Below the pieces are notes generated by a model. The model saw only the letters and a program-made list of their open reading frames with translations. It did no database searches and was not told where the DNA came from. The position numbers were made by a program, and so were the translations under genes. This document shows positions 16,558 through 26,239 of a DNA stretch of 64,000 nt, in pieces. Position 1 is the stretch's first letter. Every line of letters starts with the position of its first letter. Location of the stretch: the NCBI GenBank assembly GCA_050248855.1, contig JBFWRP010000003.1, positions 64,001 to 128,000 of the forward strand. The letters run 5' to 3'. Source of the DNA: Planctomycetota bacterium. GTDB taxonomy: Bacteria > Planctomycetota > PLA2 > JAEUHO01.

Positions 16558-16779
16558 TTACCAGGCGCCTGCCGTCTCGGGTGGTGCCATGGGGTAGTGG
16601 TAGGCCGGGTAGTCGTAGGCCGTCGTGGGCTTGGCTGTCCCATCGAAGGCGCCGTGCACGGTGGTGTTGCCGTCGCCGCTGGCCCAGGTCCACGTCCACG
16701 ACTCCGTGCCGCAGCCTGCGAGCAGGAGGGCCGCGAGGGCGAGGGAGGCGATCAGGACCAGGTGTCGGCCACGCGCCAT
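16558..16779 (-). CDS. Small lipoprotein (73 aa)
   Basis: Basic N-terminus, hydrophobic core, LLAGC lipobox; TAGCAT 6 nt upstream of ATG. Confidence 0.65.
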   Translation of the reverse strand: MARGRHLVLIASLALAALLLAGCGTESWTWTWASGDGNTTVHGAFDGTAKPTTAYDYPAYHYPMAPPETAGAW

Positions 16780-16819
16780 GTCTTCATGCTACCCCTGGCG
16801 CGGGCGTGCGGCCCCTGGT

Positions 16820-17101
16820 TCACGTGACGTCCAGCTCGTGGTCGAGCAGCCGCGCGACCGGGTGGACGCGCAGGGCTTCGAGCACCGTCTCCAGCGGGGC
16901 TCGGGCCGCCGCGGCGGTGTTCGCCACGCTGGCAAAGCCCAGGGCCGCGACCTGCCGGAGCTCGTTGTCGTCCACCTCCGCGGCGGCAAGGTGCCAGCGG
17001 GAACGCGCGCGGTCGAGCACCGAGCGAACGACCTGCCGCTTGTCCTTCAGCGAACGGGCCGCGGGGATCTCCAGACGGACGTACAGGGCGCCTACGTGCA
17101 T
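16820..17101 (-). CDS. DUF503 (YlxP-like) family protein
   Basis: MHVGALYVRLEIPAARSLKDKRQVVRS...AAAEVD signature. Confidence 0.85.
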   Translation of the reverse strand: MHVGALYVRLEIPAARSLKDKRQVVRSVLDRARSRWHLAAAEVDDNELRQVAALGFASVANTAAAARAPLETVLEALRVHPVARLLDHELDVT

Positions 17102-17145
17102 GGCGCCATCATCCCTGAGGTCGGTGGCAGGTACCATCCGCCCCC

Positions 17146-18063
17146 ATGGCGTACAGCCTGGACGACAAGCTCGTGGTCGGCGTCAGCACGCGGGCCCTGT
17201 TCGACCTGGGCGAGGCCCACGAGGTGTTCCGCAGCCAGGGGGTGGAGGCCTACACGCGCTACCAGATCGACAACCAGCGCGTTCCCCTGGCCCCCGGCAC
17301 CGGCTACCCGCTGGTCAAGGGCCTGCTCGGCATCAACCAGCGGCTGGGCGAGACGCTGGTGGAGGTCGTGATCGTGTCGCGCAACAGCGCCGACACGGGA
17401 CTGCGCACGCGCTACAGCATCGAGGCCCTGGGGCTGCCCATCGCGCGGGCGGCCTTCACCCGGGGGCGTCCGGTGGCCGACTACCTCGAGGCCTTCAGCT
17501 GCGATCTCTTCCTCTCCGCCGAGGACGCTGACGTGGTGCGCGCCCTCCAGGCGGGCTTCGCCGCGGGCAAGATCCTGCCCGTGCCGGCCAACGCGCAGCA
17601 CGAGGACGAAGTGCGTGTCGCGTTCGACGGCGATGCCGTGTTGTTCGGGGCCGCCAGCGAAGAGATCTACCAGCGTGATGGCTTGGAGGCGTTCCAGGCC
17701 CACGAGGCGGCGCGCGCGGCCGAACCCATGGAAGCCGGGCCGTTCCTGCCCTTCCTGAAGGCCCTGTGTCGCATCCAGGAGCGCTTCCCGCCCGAGGACT
17801 GCCCCGTACGCACGGCGCTCATCACGGCACGCGACAGCGTCAGCCACGAGCGCGTCGTCAACACGTTGCACGCCTTGGGCGTGCGCATCGACGAGTGCTT
17901 CTTCCTGGGCGGTGTGCGCAAGGCCCCGATCGTCAAGGCGTTCCGACCGCACATCTTCTTCGACGACCAGCTCGTTCACGCCGGGCCGGCCTCCGAGGTC
18001 GCGCCGGCGGCGCAGGTCCCGCGCACGCCGCCGCCAGCCTCGCCCGGGGTCGAGCCCCGATGA
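17146..18063 (+). CDS. 5'-nucleotidase (cN-I-like family)
   Basis: LVVGVSTRALFDL, SRNSADTGLR, RVAFDGDAVLF, FLGG, PHIFFDDQ. Confidence 0.9.
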   Translation: MAYSLDDKLVVGVSTRALFDLGEAHEVFRSQGVEAYTRYQIDNQRVPLAPGTGYPLVKGLLGINQRLGETLVEVVIVSRNSADTGLRTRYSIEALGLPIARAAFTRGRPVADYLEAFSCDLFLSAEDADVVRALQAGFAAGKILPVPANAQHEDEVRVAFDGDAVLFGAASEEIYQRDGLEAFQAHEAARAAEPMEAGPFLPFLKALCRIQERFPPEDCPVRTALITARDSVSHERVVNTLHALGVRIDECFFLGGVRKAPIVKAFRPHIFFDDQLVHAGPASEVAPAAQVPRTPPPASPGVEPR

Positions 18064-20210
18064 GGGCGGGGGCCGCGGCGGATGCGCGGCGCCGACCCAC
18101 GCGGATCGAGCTGCTGGTTGCCGTGGCGGCGTTCCTCGTGTTCGCCGTGCAGCCCTTGGCGGGGCGGCGCTTGCTGCCGCGCCTGGGCGGGACGCCGGCG
18201 GTGTGGGCGGCCGCGCTCGTGGTGTTCCAGACGCTGTACCTGCTCGCGCAAGGTCTGGCCCATGCGCTCGCCCGGCGACCGGCGTGGCGACGACCGGGGC
18301 TCGTGGTGCTCGTCGTCTTGGCCCTCGCCAACGCGGCCTTCACGTGGCGCTCGTGGGGCGCACCGGGCGCCCATGCGGATCCCGCGCTCTGGCTCGTCGG
18401 CACGCTCCTCGTGGGCCTCGGTCCGCTCGTCGTCGCGCTCGCCGTGACCACGCCGCTGCTCCACCGCGCGTTCGTCGAACGCGGCGGCGCGCCGGGACGC
18501 GCGTGGCACCTCGTGGCCTGGGGGAGCGGGGGCAGCCTGGCGGCGTTGTTGCTGTACCCGACGCTGCTCGAGCCGGCGCTGGGCGTGCGTTCGCTCGTGA
18601 CGGCGTGGGGGCCGCTTGCAGCGTCCGTCGTGGCGGCCGTGGCGGTCGTGGCTTGGCCGCGCGCGGGCGTGGCCACGGCTCTCGGAGGCGGCCCGAGAAT
18701 GCGCTGGCCGCGCGAGACCTGGGGCCTCGTGCTGCGGGCCGCGCTCGCGAGCGGGCTGTTCCTGGCCGTCACGGCCCACATCACGACCGACCTGGCGCCC
18801 GTGCCCCTGCTCTGGGTCGTGCCGCTGGCGCTCTTCCTGCTCGGGTCGATCCTGGCCTTCGTGCCGCGCGCCGCGCACACGGTCGACCTCGCCGGCCACG
18901 CCGTGGCGCCCCTGGGCGTCCTCGTCGCGGCGCTGGTGCTGGCGGAGCGCACCGAGTGGATGGCCGTGCAGGTGCTGGTCTTCCTCGCGTTCGTCGCCGT
19001 GGCGAGCCTCGACCTCTGGGGCGCCCTCGCTCGGCGTCGCCCGTCCGACCCCGCGCGCGCGACGGGCTGGTACCTGGCGACCGCCATCGGCGGAGCGCTG
19101 GGCGGCCTGGGCGTGGGCCTGTTGGCGCCTTGGCTGCTGAGCGGGCCCTACGAGCTTGCGCTCTTGATCTTCGGCGTCGTCGCCGTGCGGGGTGTCCACC
19201 CGACGACGGGCGTGATCGGCCCTCGACCCGCAGGGCCCACGATCGCCAAGCTCTTGCTGGGTGCGGCCTTCGTGCTCGGCCTGTTCTTCGGCATGGGGTT
19301 CCTCCGTGACGAGCCCGAAGGCTTCCTCGTGCTGGCCGTGCTCGCGACGGTCGTCACGCTGGCCTTGCGCTTGGCGGGTCGTCCCGTGGCGGTCGGCGCC
19401 CTGGCGGGCCTCCTCGTGCTTCCCACCCTGGCCCTGCGGTTGGACTTCAACGTCCTGGCCCAGGAGCGCACGTTCTTCGGTACGCATCTGGTGCTCGAGG
19501 TCGAGGGCTCCTCGGACGAGGGCGGCCACCACCGCCTGCTGCACGGGCGCACGATCCACGGCGTGCAGCTTGACCACGCACCGCGAGCTCCCACGCTCTA
19601 CTACGGTCGCGATACACCCATCGGGGACGTCATGGAGGACCTCGCCAGGCGCACGATCACGCCTCGCGTCGGCATCGTGGGCCTGGGTGTCGGCACGCTC
19701 TTGGCCTACGCACGCGAAGGCTGGTCGGTCCACGTGATCGAGATCGACGAGGCCGTCGTGCGCATCGCCAGCGACCCGCGCCTCTTCACCTTCGTCCGCG
19801 ACACCGCTGCCGCCCTCCGGATCACGGTGGGGGACGGTCGGCGCGAGCTGGAGCAGGTCCCCGCCGGGAGCATCGACCTGTTGGTCGTGGACGCGTTCTC
19901 CTCGGACGCCGTCCCCATCCACCTGCTCACGCGCGAGGCCGTCGAAGGCGATCTGCGTGTGCTGGCGGAGGACGGCGTCGCGGCGTTCCACGTGTCCTCC
20001 CAGTACGTGGACTTGGTGCCCGTGCTGGGCGCCGCCGCGCGCGCCGTGGGCGCCGTGGCGGTCACGAAGACATCCAGCGGTTCGCACTGGGTGGTCCTGG
20101 CGCGGCGCGAAGCGGACGTGACGGCGCTACGGGCCCGCGGCTTCCAGGATGCGGCCGTGGGCCGTGCGTGGACCGACGACCGCGTGCATCTGCTGGACGC
20201 ACTGCGCTGA
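18060..20210 (+). CDS. Multi-TM membrane protein fused to a spermidine synthase-like SAM-binding domain
   Basis: Many TM helices, then LLHGRTIHGVQ, GIVGLGVGTL, EIDEAVV, GDGR, DAFSSDAVPIHLLTRE, WTDD; ATGA coupling. Confidence 0.88.
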   Translation: MRAGAAADARRRPTRIELLVAVAAFLVFAVQPLAGRRLLPRLGGTPAVWAAALVVFQTLYLLAQGLAHALARRPAWRRPGLVVLVVLALANAAFTWRSWGAPGAHADPALWLVGTLLVGLGPLVVALAVTTPLLHRAFVERGGAPGRAWHLVAWGSGGSLAALLLYPTLLEPALGVRSLVTAWGPLAASVVAAVAVVAWPRAGVATALGGGPRMRWPRETWGLVLRAALASGLFLAVTAHITTDLAPVPLLWVVPLALFLLGSILAFVPRAAHTVDLAGHAVAPLGVLVAALVLAERTEWMAVQVLVFLAFVAVASLDLWGALARRRPSDPARATGWYLATAIGGALGGLGVGLLAPWLLSGPYELALLIFGVVAVRGVHPTTGVIGPRPAGPTIAKLLLGAAFVLGLFFGMGFLRDEPEGFLVLAVLATVVTLALRLAGRPVAVGALAGLLVLPTLALRLDFNVLAQERTFFGTHLVLEVEGSSDEGGHHRLLHGRTIHGVQLDHAPRAPTLYYGRDTPIGDVMEDLARRTITPRVGIVGLGVGTLLAYAREGWSVHVIEIDEAVVRIASDPRLFTFVRDTAAALRITVGDGRRELEQVPAGSIDLLVVDAFSSDAVPIHLLTREAVEGDLRVLAEDGVAAFHVSSQYVDLVPVLGAAARAVGAVAVTKTSSGSHWVVLARREADVTALRARGFQDAAVGRAWTDDRVHLLDALR

Positions 20211-20212
20211 CG

Positions 20213-21943
20213 TCAGCGTCCGCGGTCCAGCGTCTCGTGGATGCGCGAGGCCACACGCAGGGCGTTGGCGTAGATCGTCATCGTGTAGGGGACCGACCCG
20301 CCCGAGGGCATGAAGCTGCCGTCGGTGACCCACAGGTTGGGCGTGTCGTGGGCACGGCAGTCGCGGTCGAGCACCGACGTGCGCGGGTCGTCGCCGAAGC
20401 GGCACGTGCCGGCGATCAGGTTGGTGCTGGGGCCGCCGAAGCTGTCGGGGGTGCGCACCTTGCGTACCCCCATGGCCTCGAGCACTTCGGAGCCGCGGGC
20501 CACGAGGTCGCGCACGGCCTGCAGCGAGCGGGGGTGGTTCACCGCGCGCACGTGGCACACCGGCAAGCCCAGCTTGTCCTTGACCGTGTCGCTGAGTCGC
20601 ATCCAGCAGCCCTCGTGGGGCAGCCAGTCGGAGAAGGTCTCGAAGCGCAGGTGCATCACGTCGTGGAAGTACCAGCGCAGGCGCTCCTTGAGTGGGGCGC
20701 CCCAGAGCGGCACGTAGTCGGGTCGCTCGTCCCAGATCGCCTGCGTGACGGCGGCCAGCACGGGGTTGGGATGCACGCGCAGGAAGTTGATCGTGCCCGC
20801 CTTCACGAGGCCGGGCGCCGGAGGCACGTCGTCGCGGCCCGCGCGGCGTCGCGGGTCCGCCGGGTCGTACCAGTACCAGTCCTGCACGATGCGGTTGACG
20901 AACGGCTCGTCGCTGGCAAGCGCCGGGTCGCGCGCCAGGGCGAAATCGCCCCAGCCCGCGCCGAACGAGCAGAACAACAAGTGGCGGCCCACCTGCCCGC
21001 TCGTGTTGCCCAGGCCCCGCGGGTGCTTGGGCCCGCGCGAGAGCAACAGGAGGCGTGCGGACTCGAGCGCCTGGCAGGCGACCACGAAGACGGAGGCCTC
21101 CGTGCGGTGGGCGCGCCCGCCGCCGTCCACCCAATGCGCGGCGCGCACGGCCCCCGACGCATCGGTCTCCAGGCGCGTGACGCGCGCCTTCGAGATGACG
21201 TCGCAGCGACCCGTGGCTTCGGCGCGATGCACGAACGCCGAGAGGCCCGAGCCCTTGGCGCCGACGGCGCAGCCGAAGCTGCCGCAGTAGCCGTTGTAGT
21301 CGCAGGCCTGGCGGGCCAAGCCAGGCGCCTCGGGCATGTCCTGCGACAGCACGGCGCGCGGCAAGGGCACGCTCGTGAGGCCCAGCTTGGCGCATACGGC
21401 GTCGACGCGTTGCGCGAGGGGATGCTCGGAGAGCGGCGGCTGCGGGTAGCCGGGCGTGGAGCGCGGCTCGAACAGGTGCCGGTTCTGCGGCACGACGCGA
21501 CCCGACAGGCCGACTTGCCGCTCGACTTCGGCGTACCACGGCTCCATCTCGCCGTAGTCCAACGGCCAGTCGGCTACCGACGCATCGGGCACGGGCCCGA
21601 ACGAAGAGAGCTGGCGGAAGTCCGAGGGCTTCATGCGCATCATGAAGCCGCTCATCAAGACGCTGCTGCCGCCGACGAGGCTGCCGTTCCAGAACAGCGA
21701 CGTGGGGGCGCCGCTGCCGGCCTGCGCCGCGCCGACGGTTTCCTGGACCATGGGCTCGGCGGCGGCCGAGGGCGTGAACGCACCGCGGCGCACGACGGCG
21801 ATCTCGTCCTTGACGAAGTCGCTCTCCTGGTAGCGCCCGCCCTTCTCGAGCAGCAACACCCGATGCCCCGCCTCGGCCAGCACGGCCGCCACGGGGGCAC
21901 CGCCCGCACCGCTGCCCACCACGATGGCGTCGTACGCGCTCAT
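20213..21943 (-). CDS. GMC family oxidoreductase, flavoprotein subunit
   Basis: DAIVVGSGAGG FAD motif, VGGSS, Cys cluster CDYNGYCGSFGC, GTCRFGDDP, NLWVTDGSFMPS. Confidence 0.92.
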   Translation of the reverse strand: MSAYDAIVVGSGAGGAPVAAVLAEAGHRVLLLEKGGRYQESDFVKDEIAVVRRGAFTPSAAAEPMVQETVGAAQAGSGAPTSLFWNGSLVGGSSVLMSGFMMRMKPSDFRQLSSFGPVPDASVADWPLDYGEMEPWYAEVERQVGLSGRVVPQNRHLFEPRSTPGYPQPPLSEHPLAQRVDAVCAKLGLTSVPLPRAVLSQDMPEAPGLARQACDYNGYCGSFGCAVGAKGSGLSAFVHRAEATGRCDVISKARVTRLETDASGAVRAAHWVDGGGRAHRTEASVFVVACQALESARLLLLSRGPKHPRGLGNTSGQVGRHLLFCSFGAGWGDFALARDPALASDEPFVNRIVQDWYWYDPADPRRRAGRDDVPPAPGLVKAGTINFLRVHPNPVLAAVTQAIWDERPDYVPLWGAPLKERLRWYFHDVMHLRFETFSDWLPHEGCWMRLSDTVKDKLGLPVCHVRAVNHPRSLQAVRDLVARGSEVLEAMGVRKVRTPDSFGGPSTNLIAGTCRFGDDPRTSVLDRDCRAHDTPNLWVTDGSFMPSGGSVPYTMTIYANALRVASRIHETLDRGR

Positions 21944-22563
21944 CGGGCGAGGTCGTCCATGCGCAGGTGGGGGACGATCGGCCGTGGAACACCCGGCACG
22001 TGGCCGAGCCAGCGCCAAGCGGCCTCGTCGCGGTTGCCGCCGTGGAGGGGGTCGCCGAGGAAGCCCTCGAGCGTGAGGACGAGCATCGCGCGCAGCCAGC
22101 GGATGCCGATGCGGATGTCGCGCTCCAAGCCGCGCAGGACCGCGTCCTGCTGGAGGGCCGTGAGCTCGTGGAAGCGGGCCTTGCGGTACCAACGCGCGCT
22201 GCGGTCCACGTGCGCCGCACCCTGGCGCACGAGGTCCTTCGTCTCCTGCGGGACGTCCGGCGAGGCCATCGCGGCATCGAGGTAGCCGATCGCGTTGGTG
22301 CTGGCGGCACCGGGCGCGTCGGGCGTCGTCGGCAGGAGCCGGTCCTGGACGGCGGCGAGCGTGGCGTACAGCGCCGGGTCCAGCGCCCGCGCCGGCACGC
22401 CGGGCGGCGTGGGCTCGACGCGCGGGCCGCTGCCCACCAGCAGCCCGTCCCACCAGAGCACGCCAGCCGCGGTCAGCCCCGCGGCCGTGCCGGCGACCAG
22501 CACGTCGCGCCGCGTCCGTCCGGTCGAAGGCGAGGGCGGCGTGCGCGCGGGCGTCGTTTCCAC
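21940..22563 (-). CDS. Gluconate 2-dehydrogenase subunit 3-like protein with Tat signal
   Basis: TRRDVL twin-arginine motif; TLEGFLGDPLHGGNRDEAAWRWLG; coupled to the GMC gene. Confidence 0.85.
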   Translation of the reverse strand: METTPARTPPSPSTGRTRRDVLVAGTAAGLTAAGVLWWDGLLVGSGPRVEPTPPGVPARALDPALYATLAAVQDRLLPTTPDAPGAASTNAIGYLDAAMASPDVPQETKDLVRQGAAHVDRSARWYRKARFHELTALQQDAVLRGLERDIRIGIRWLRAMLVLTLEGFLGDPLHGGNRDEAAWRWLGHVPGVPRPIVPHLRMDDLAR

Positions 22564-22572
22564 GCCCGGATC

Positions 22573-23778
22573 CTACCGGGGTGTCGGTGCTCCGGAGGGT
22601 CCACGGTCGAGTGACAGGGTCCGCGGGGTGCCGGTCGCCGCGAGAGGCGCGGCCGCCACGTCGGGGGCGAGGTAGTAGCCGTCGCGGCCGTTGCCCTTGA
22701 CGTGGTAGAGCGCACCGTCGGCCCGCTCCAGCGCCAGTGCCAGCGCCCCACGCGCTCCTCCTCGTACCACGTCCGGCGTCAGCACCGCGATGCCGACGGA
22801 GCACGTGACCTTGAGATCGGCGCGCACGTGGTTCCACGGGTGGGTGCGGAAGGCGCGGACGATGCGGCCTGCCAAGTCCACGGCGTGGTGCGTGTCGGTG
22901 GCCATGGCGGCCACGACGAACTCCTCGCCGCCGAGGCGGGCCACGTGGTCCATCGGGCCGACCGTTTCGCGCAGGATCTGCCCGGTGTGGCGGAGCACGT
23001 CGTCGCCAATGGCATGTCCGTAGCGGTCGTTGACCTGCTTGAAGTGGTCGAGGTCGACCATCAGCACCGCCATCGGGATCTCGACTGCGGCCGGCTGCTC
23101 CATGACGCGCAGCAGGTCCTCTTGGAAGCCCAGGCGGTTGGGCAGCTGGGTCAGCACGTCGCGCCGTGCGCGCTGCTGCATCTGGGCCCATTGGGTATGC
23201 AGGCGCGTCTTGGCGGCGTGCGCCGTGTAGGCCGCCAGGCACAGGTACACGACGTTCTGCGCGAGCGCCGCGAGCGCGGTGACGGGCAAGCGTTGCCAGG
23301 CCAGGAACGGCGTCCCGCGCTGGGTCTCGAGGGCCGCCGACGTGATCCCGTGCGGCAAGGCCAGCGCGAACACGGCGTAGGTCAGCACGAGCGTCGTCGT
23401 GAGCCGGATCAGCGTGGTCCCGTCGAACAACAAGCCCGCGAACGCCGTGGTCGCGACCACCAGGATCACCTGCGGGCTGCCCACGCCCCCCGTCTCGAAG
23501 GCCGCCACGATGCCCAGCACGCCGATGGCCGACAGCGCGAGGCTGGGGGCGATGGCACGACGGCGGTGGCCGACGTCCGTGGCCGCGACCAGCAGCCTCC
23601 ACGCCAAGAGGGCGATGGACGCCTCCACCGCCATTGCGAGCGGCGTGGTCGCACCGAGGGCCCAGAGCACGGCATGCAGCAGGGCCAGGGGGGCAAGCAT
23701 CGCGAGCAGCAAGCAGGCGTAGAGCCGCTGCAGCCCGAGAGGACTCGGGTCGAACGTGGTCAGGAACTTGTGGGACAC
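22573..23778 (-). CDS. Membrane-bound diguanylate cyclase (GGDEF)
   Basis: N-terminal TM helices; DVLTQLPNR, DLDHFKQVNDRYGHAIGD, RLGGEEF, ADGALYHVKGNGRD. Confidence 0.93.
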   Translation of the reverse strand: MSHKFLTTFDPSPLGLQRLYACLLLAMLAPLALLHAVLWALGATTPLAMAVEASIALLAWRLLVAATDVGHRRRAIAPSLALSAIGVLGIVAAFETGGVGSPQVILVVATTAFAGLLFDGTTLIRLTTTLVLTYAVFALALPHGITSAALETQRGTPFLAWQRLPVTALAALAQNVVYLCLAAYTAHAAKTRLHTQWAQMQQRARRDVLTQLPNRLGFQEDLLRVMEQPAAVEIPMAVLMVDLDHFKQVNDRYGHAIGDDVLRHTGQILRETVGPMDHVARLGGEEFVVAAMATDTHHAVDLAGRIVRAFRTHPWNHVRADLKVTCSVGIAVLTPDVVRGGARGALALALERADGALYHVKGNGRDGYYLAPDVAAAPLAATGTPRTLSLDRGPSGAPTPR

Positions 23779-23905
23779 GGGGGTGGTCGTCCTCGGGTGG
23801 GGGGATCGGCCGCACCCCCTATCGGCCTACCGCTGGCGGCGCGTGAGTCGCAGCCCGCAGACGCCGGCGCCCGGGAACGCCCGGAAGTCCGGGCCGCATC
23901 TCGAT

Positions 23906-24247
23906 TCAAACGACCGTTTCCTGCACCCAGGCTGCGTAGGCCGCCTCCACGCCGGCGGGAGCCACGACGACGATCTCGGGCACCTCGTAGGGGTGGCGGC
24001 GCTTGAGGTGGCGCGCCAGGGCCTCCACACCCGCCTTGGTCGTCTTCGCCACCAGCAGCGTCTCGGGGTCGTTCGCCACGGCGCCCTGCCACCAGAACAC
24101 GCTGCGCAGGCCCGGGACCAGGTTGACGCAGGCCGCGAGGCGCTCCTCCACCAGCTCGCGGGCCAGGTCTTCGGCGATGTCGGGCGGGGCGGTCGACAGC
24201 ACCAGCCGCACGCCGTCGGACTTCCACGCGACCTTGGGGTCCGCCAC
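23906..24247 (-). CDS. cutA: Divalent-cation tolerance protein CutA
   Basis: LVEERLAACVN, SVFWWQG, HPYEVPEI. Confidence 0.92.
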   Translation of the reverse strand: MADPKVAWKSDGVRLVLSTAPPDIAEDLARELVEERLAACVNLVPGLRSVFWWQGAVANDPETLLVAKTTKAGVEALARHLKRRHPYEVPEIVVVAPAGVEAAYAAWVQETVV

Positions 24248-24394
24248 GCTCGCTCTCCCGCCGGCGCCAAGACGGCGCAGCGGAGAGGCTACCCGCGAGG
24301 CGCTCGGGCTCGGGCTCGTGGCCGATCCGGTCGATACAGTCGACGGCGCCGGCGCGCGGGAGGGGCCCGACGCCCGAAGACGGAGCAGGGTCGG

Positions 24395-26230
24395 ATGTGC
24401 GGGATCGTCGGCATCGTGGGGCGGGTCCGCACCACCCCACCCGACCCCATCAGCCGCGCGCTGGGTGCCCTCGCGCGGCGCGGGCCCGACCTGGGCGGCC
24501 GGGCGAGCGGTCGCCTGGGCTCGCACCCGATCGAGCTGGGCATGCGTCGCCTGGCCCTCGTCGCGGCGCACGGTGTCGGCGTTCCCTGGCGCGGGCCGCA
24601 GGGCTCGCTGCTGGTGTTCAACGGCGAGATCTACAACCACGTGGCGCTTCGCGCGCGCCTGGCCGGTGAGGGGCACCCCGAGCCCTGCGGCCCCGGCGAC
24701 GGGAACCTGCTGGCCGCGTGGCTCGAGGCGCATGGCCGCTCCGGCCTCGCCGAGGTGCGCGGCAGCTACGCCTTCGCCTTGCTCCATGCGCCGGACGGCG
24801 AGCTGTGGCTGGCGCGCGATGCGGCGGGCGTGCGCCCGCTCTGCTACGCGCGGGTGCCGGGGGGCTTCGTCTTCGCCAGCACGCTCGACGGTCTCCTGGC
24901 GCTGGGTGCCTTCCCACCCCGGCCCGACGTGGACGCACTCGTCGACGTGCTTCGTGACGGCGTCGTGGCCACGGCGCGGACCGCGCTCGCCGGTGTGCGT
25001 CGCGTGGCGCCCGGCGAGCTGCTCAGGCTGGATGCCGCGCTCGAGCTGTCGAGCGAACACGTCCCCCCGCCGCGCGTCGTCGAGGACGAAGAACCCCACG
25101 ACGTGCTCGATGCCCTGCGCGCCGCAGTGCGCGACCGCCTGCAGCTGGAGCGTCCGATCGGTCTGTTGCTCTCGGGTGGCATCGACTCCGGCCTGCTCGC
25201 CGCCCTGGTGGCGGAGGTCGAGCGCATCCCCACGTTCACGGTGGGCTACCCCGGCCTGCGCGGCGCCGACGAGGTGCAGCGCGCGCGGCGCACGGCCAAG
25301 CGGCTCGATCTCCCGCACCAAGTCGTGCCGTGCCCGCTGGATCCCACGGCCTGGGTCGTGGGCACGGCCCGTGCGTTCGACGAGCCCTTCGCCGACGCGA
25401 GCGCGGTCCCGACCTGGGGCGTGGCGCGCGAGGCGGGCCGGCGCGTACGCGCCCTGCTGACCGGCACGGGCGGCGACGAGGTGTTCGGCGGCTACAGGCG
25501 CTACTGGATGCTCGGGCATGGACCGTGGCTGCGCCACGTGCCGTCGTTCCTGGTCACGCCCATCCAGCGGGTGCTCGACCGCCGCGCGCCCGGCAGCGTC
25601 CGGGTGCTGCGCGCCGCCACCGATCCCGAGGGGCTCTACCGCGGCCTGCTGCGCCTCCAGCCGCTGACGGAGCTGAGGACCGTGTTGGGGCCGCTGCTGC
25701 GCGGCGTGGCCGATCCCGAGCCGCGGCCCGGCCCGACCGATGCCCCGTCGGCCATGCGCGACGACTTCCGCCGCTACTTGCCCGATGACCTGTTGGTCAA
25801 GGAGGACCGTGCGCTCATGGCGCACGGTGTCGAGGGTCGCCATCCGTTCCTGGACGGGCGCGTCCGTCGCGCCGCCGGACGCCTCGAGCTGTCGGGCAGT
25901 CCCCTGCGCGGGACGCAGAAGGCCCTGCTCCGCGCCTACGTGCGCGAGCATGTCGATCCCGACCTCGCGCGCGCGCCCAAGCGCGGCTTCGCCTTCCCCG
26001 TGGACGAGCTCTATCGCGGGCCGCTCCGCGAGCTCGCCGAGGGCTGTTTGCTCGCGGGCCCGGGGCTGGACCGCGGCTTCGTGGACGCCGATGGCGTACG
26101 GCGCCTCTACCGTGAGCACCTCTGCGGCTCGCGCAACCTCGGCGCCGTCATCCATGCACTCGTCATGCTGGAGCTGTGGTCACGGCGCATGCTCGACGTC
26201 ACGAGCCCTTCGCTCGAGGGCGGCGTCTGA
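24395..26230 (+). CDS. asnB: Asparagine synthase (glutamine-hydrolysing) family amidotransferase
   Basis: MCGIVG N-terminus, FNGEIYNH, LLSGGIDS, DEPFADAS, GTGGDEVFGGY, KRGF. Confidence 0.9.
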   Translation: MCGIVGIVGRVRTTPPDPISRALGALARRGPDLGGRASGRLGSHPIELGMRRLALVAAHGVGVPWRGPQGSLLVFNGEIYNHVALRARLAGEGHPEPCGPGDGNLLAAWLEAHGRSGLAEVRGSYAFALLHAPDGELWLARDAAGVRPLCYARVPGGFVFASTLDGLLALGAFPPRPDVDALVDVLRDGVVATARTALAGVRRVAPGELLRLDAALELSSEHVPPPRVVEDEEPHDVLDALRAAVRDRLQLERPIGLLLSGGIDSGLLAALVAEVERIPTFTVGYPGLRGADEVQRARRTAKRLDLPHQVVPCPLDPTAWVVGTARAFDEPFADASAVPTWGVAREAGRRVRALLTGTGGDEVFGGYRRYWMLGHGPWLRHVPSFLVTPIQRVLDRRAPGSVRVLRAATDPEGLYRGLLRLQPLTELRTVLGPLLRGVADPEPRPGPTDAPSAMRDDFRRYLPDDLLVKEDRALMAHGVEGRHPFLDGRVRRAAGRLELSGSPLRGTQKALLRAYVREHVDPDLARAPKRGFAFPVDELYRGPLRELAEGCLLAGPGLDRGFVDADGVRRLYREHLCGSRNLGAVIHALVMLELWSRRMLDVTSPSLEGGV

Positions 26231-26239
26231 ACCCACCGC

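Noticed and set aside
16454..16560. Genomic island integrated at tRNA-Phe
   Set aside because: No integrase and no duplicated tRNA 3' end seen; the flanking genes look native
20213..23815. 1200-aa ORF and other very long alternative or antisense ORFs (e.g. 38441-41881, 44960-47704, 60590-63250)
   Set aside because: Shadow frames expected in very GC-rich DNA. They are Arg/Pro/Ala-rich, overlap well-supported genes, or are upstream extensions of real genes
24395..26230. Lasso peptide cyclase
   Set aside because: Retains the N-terminal Cys glutaminase domain (MCGIVG); no B protein or precursor peptide adjacent
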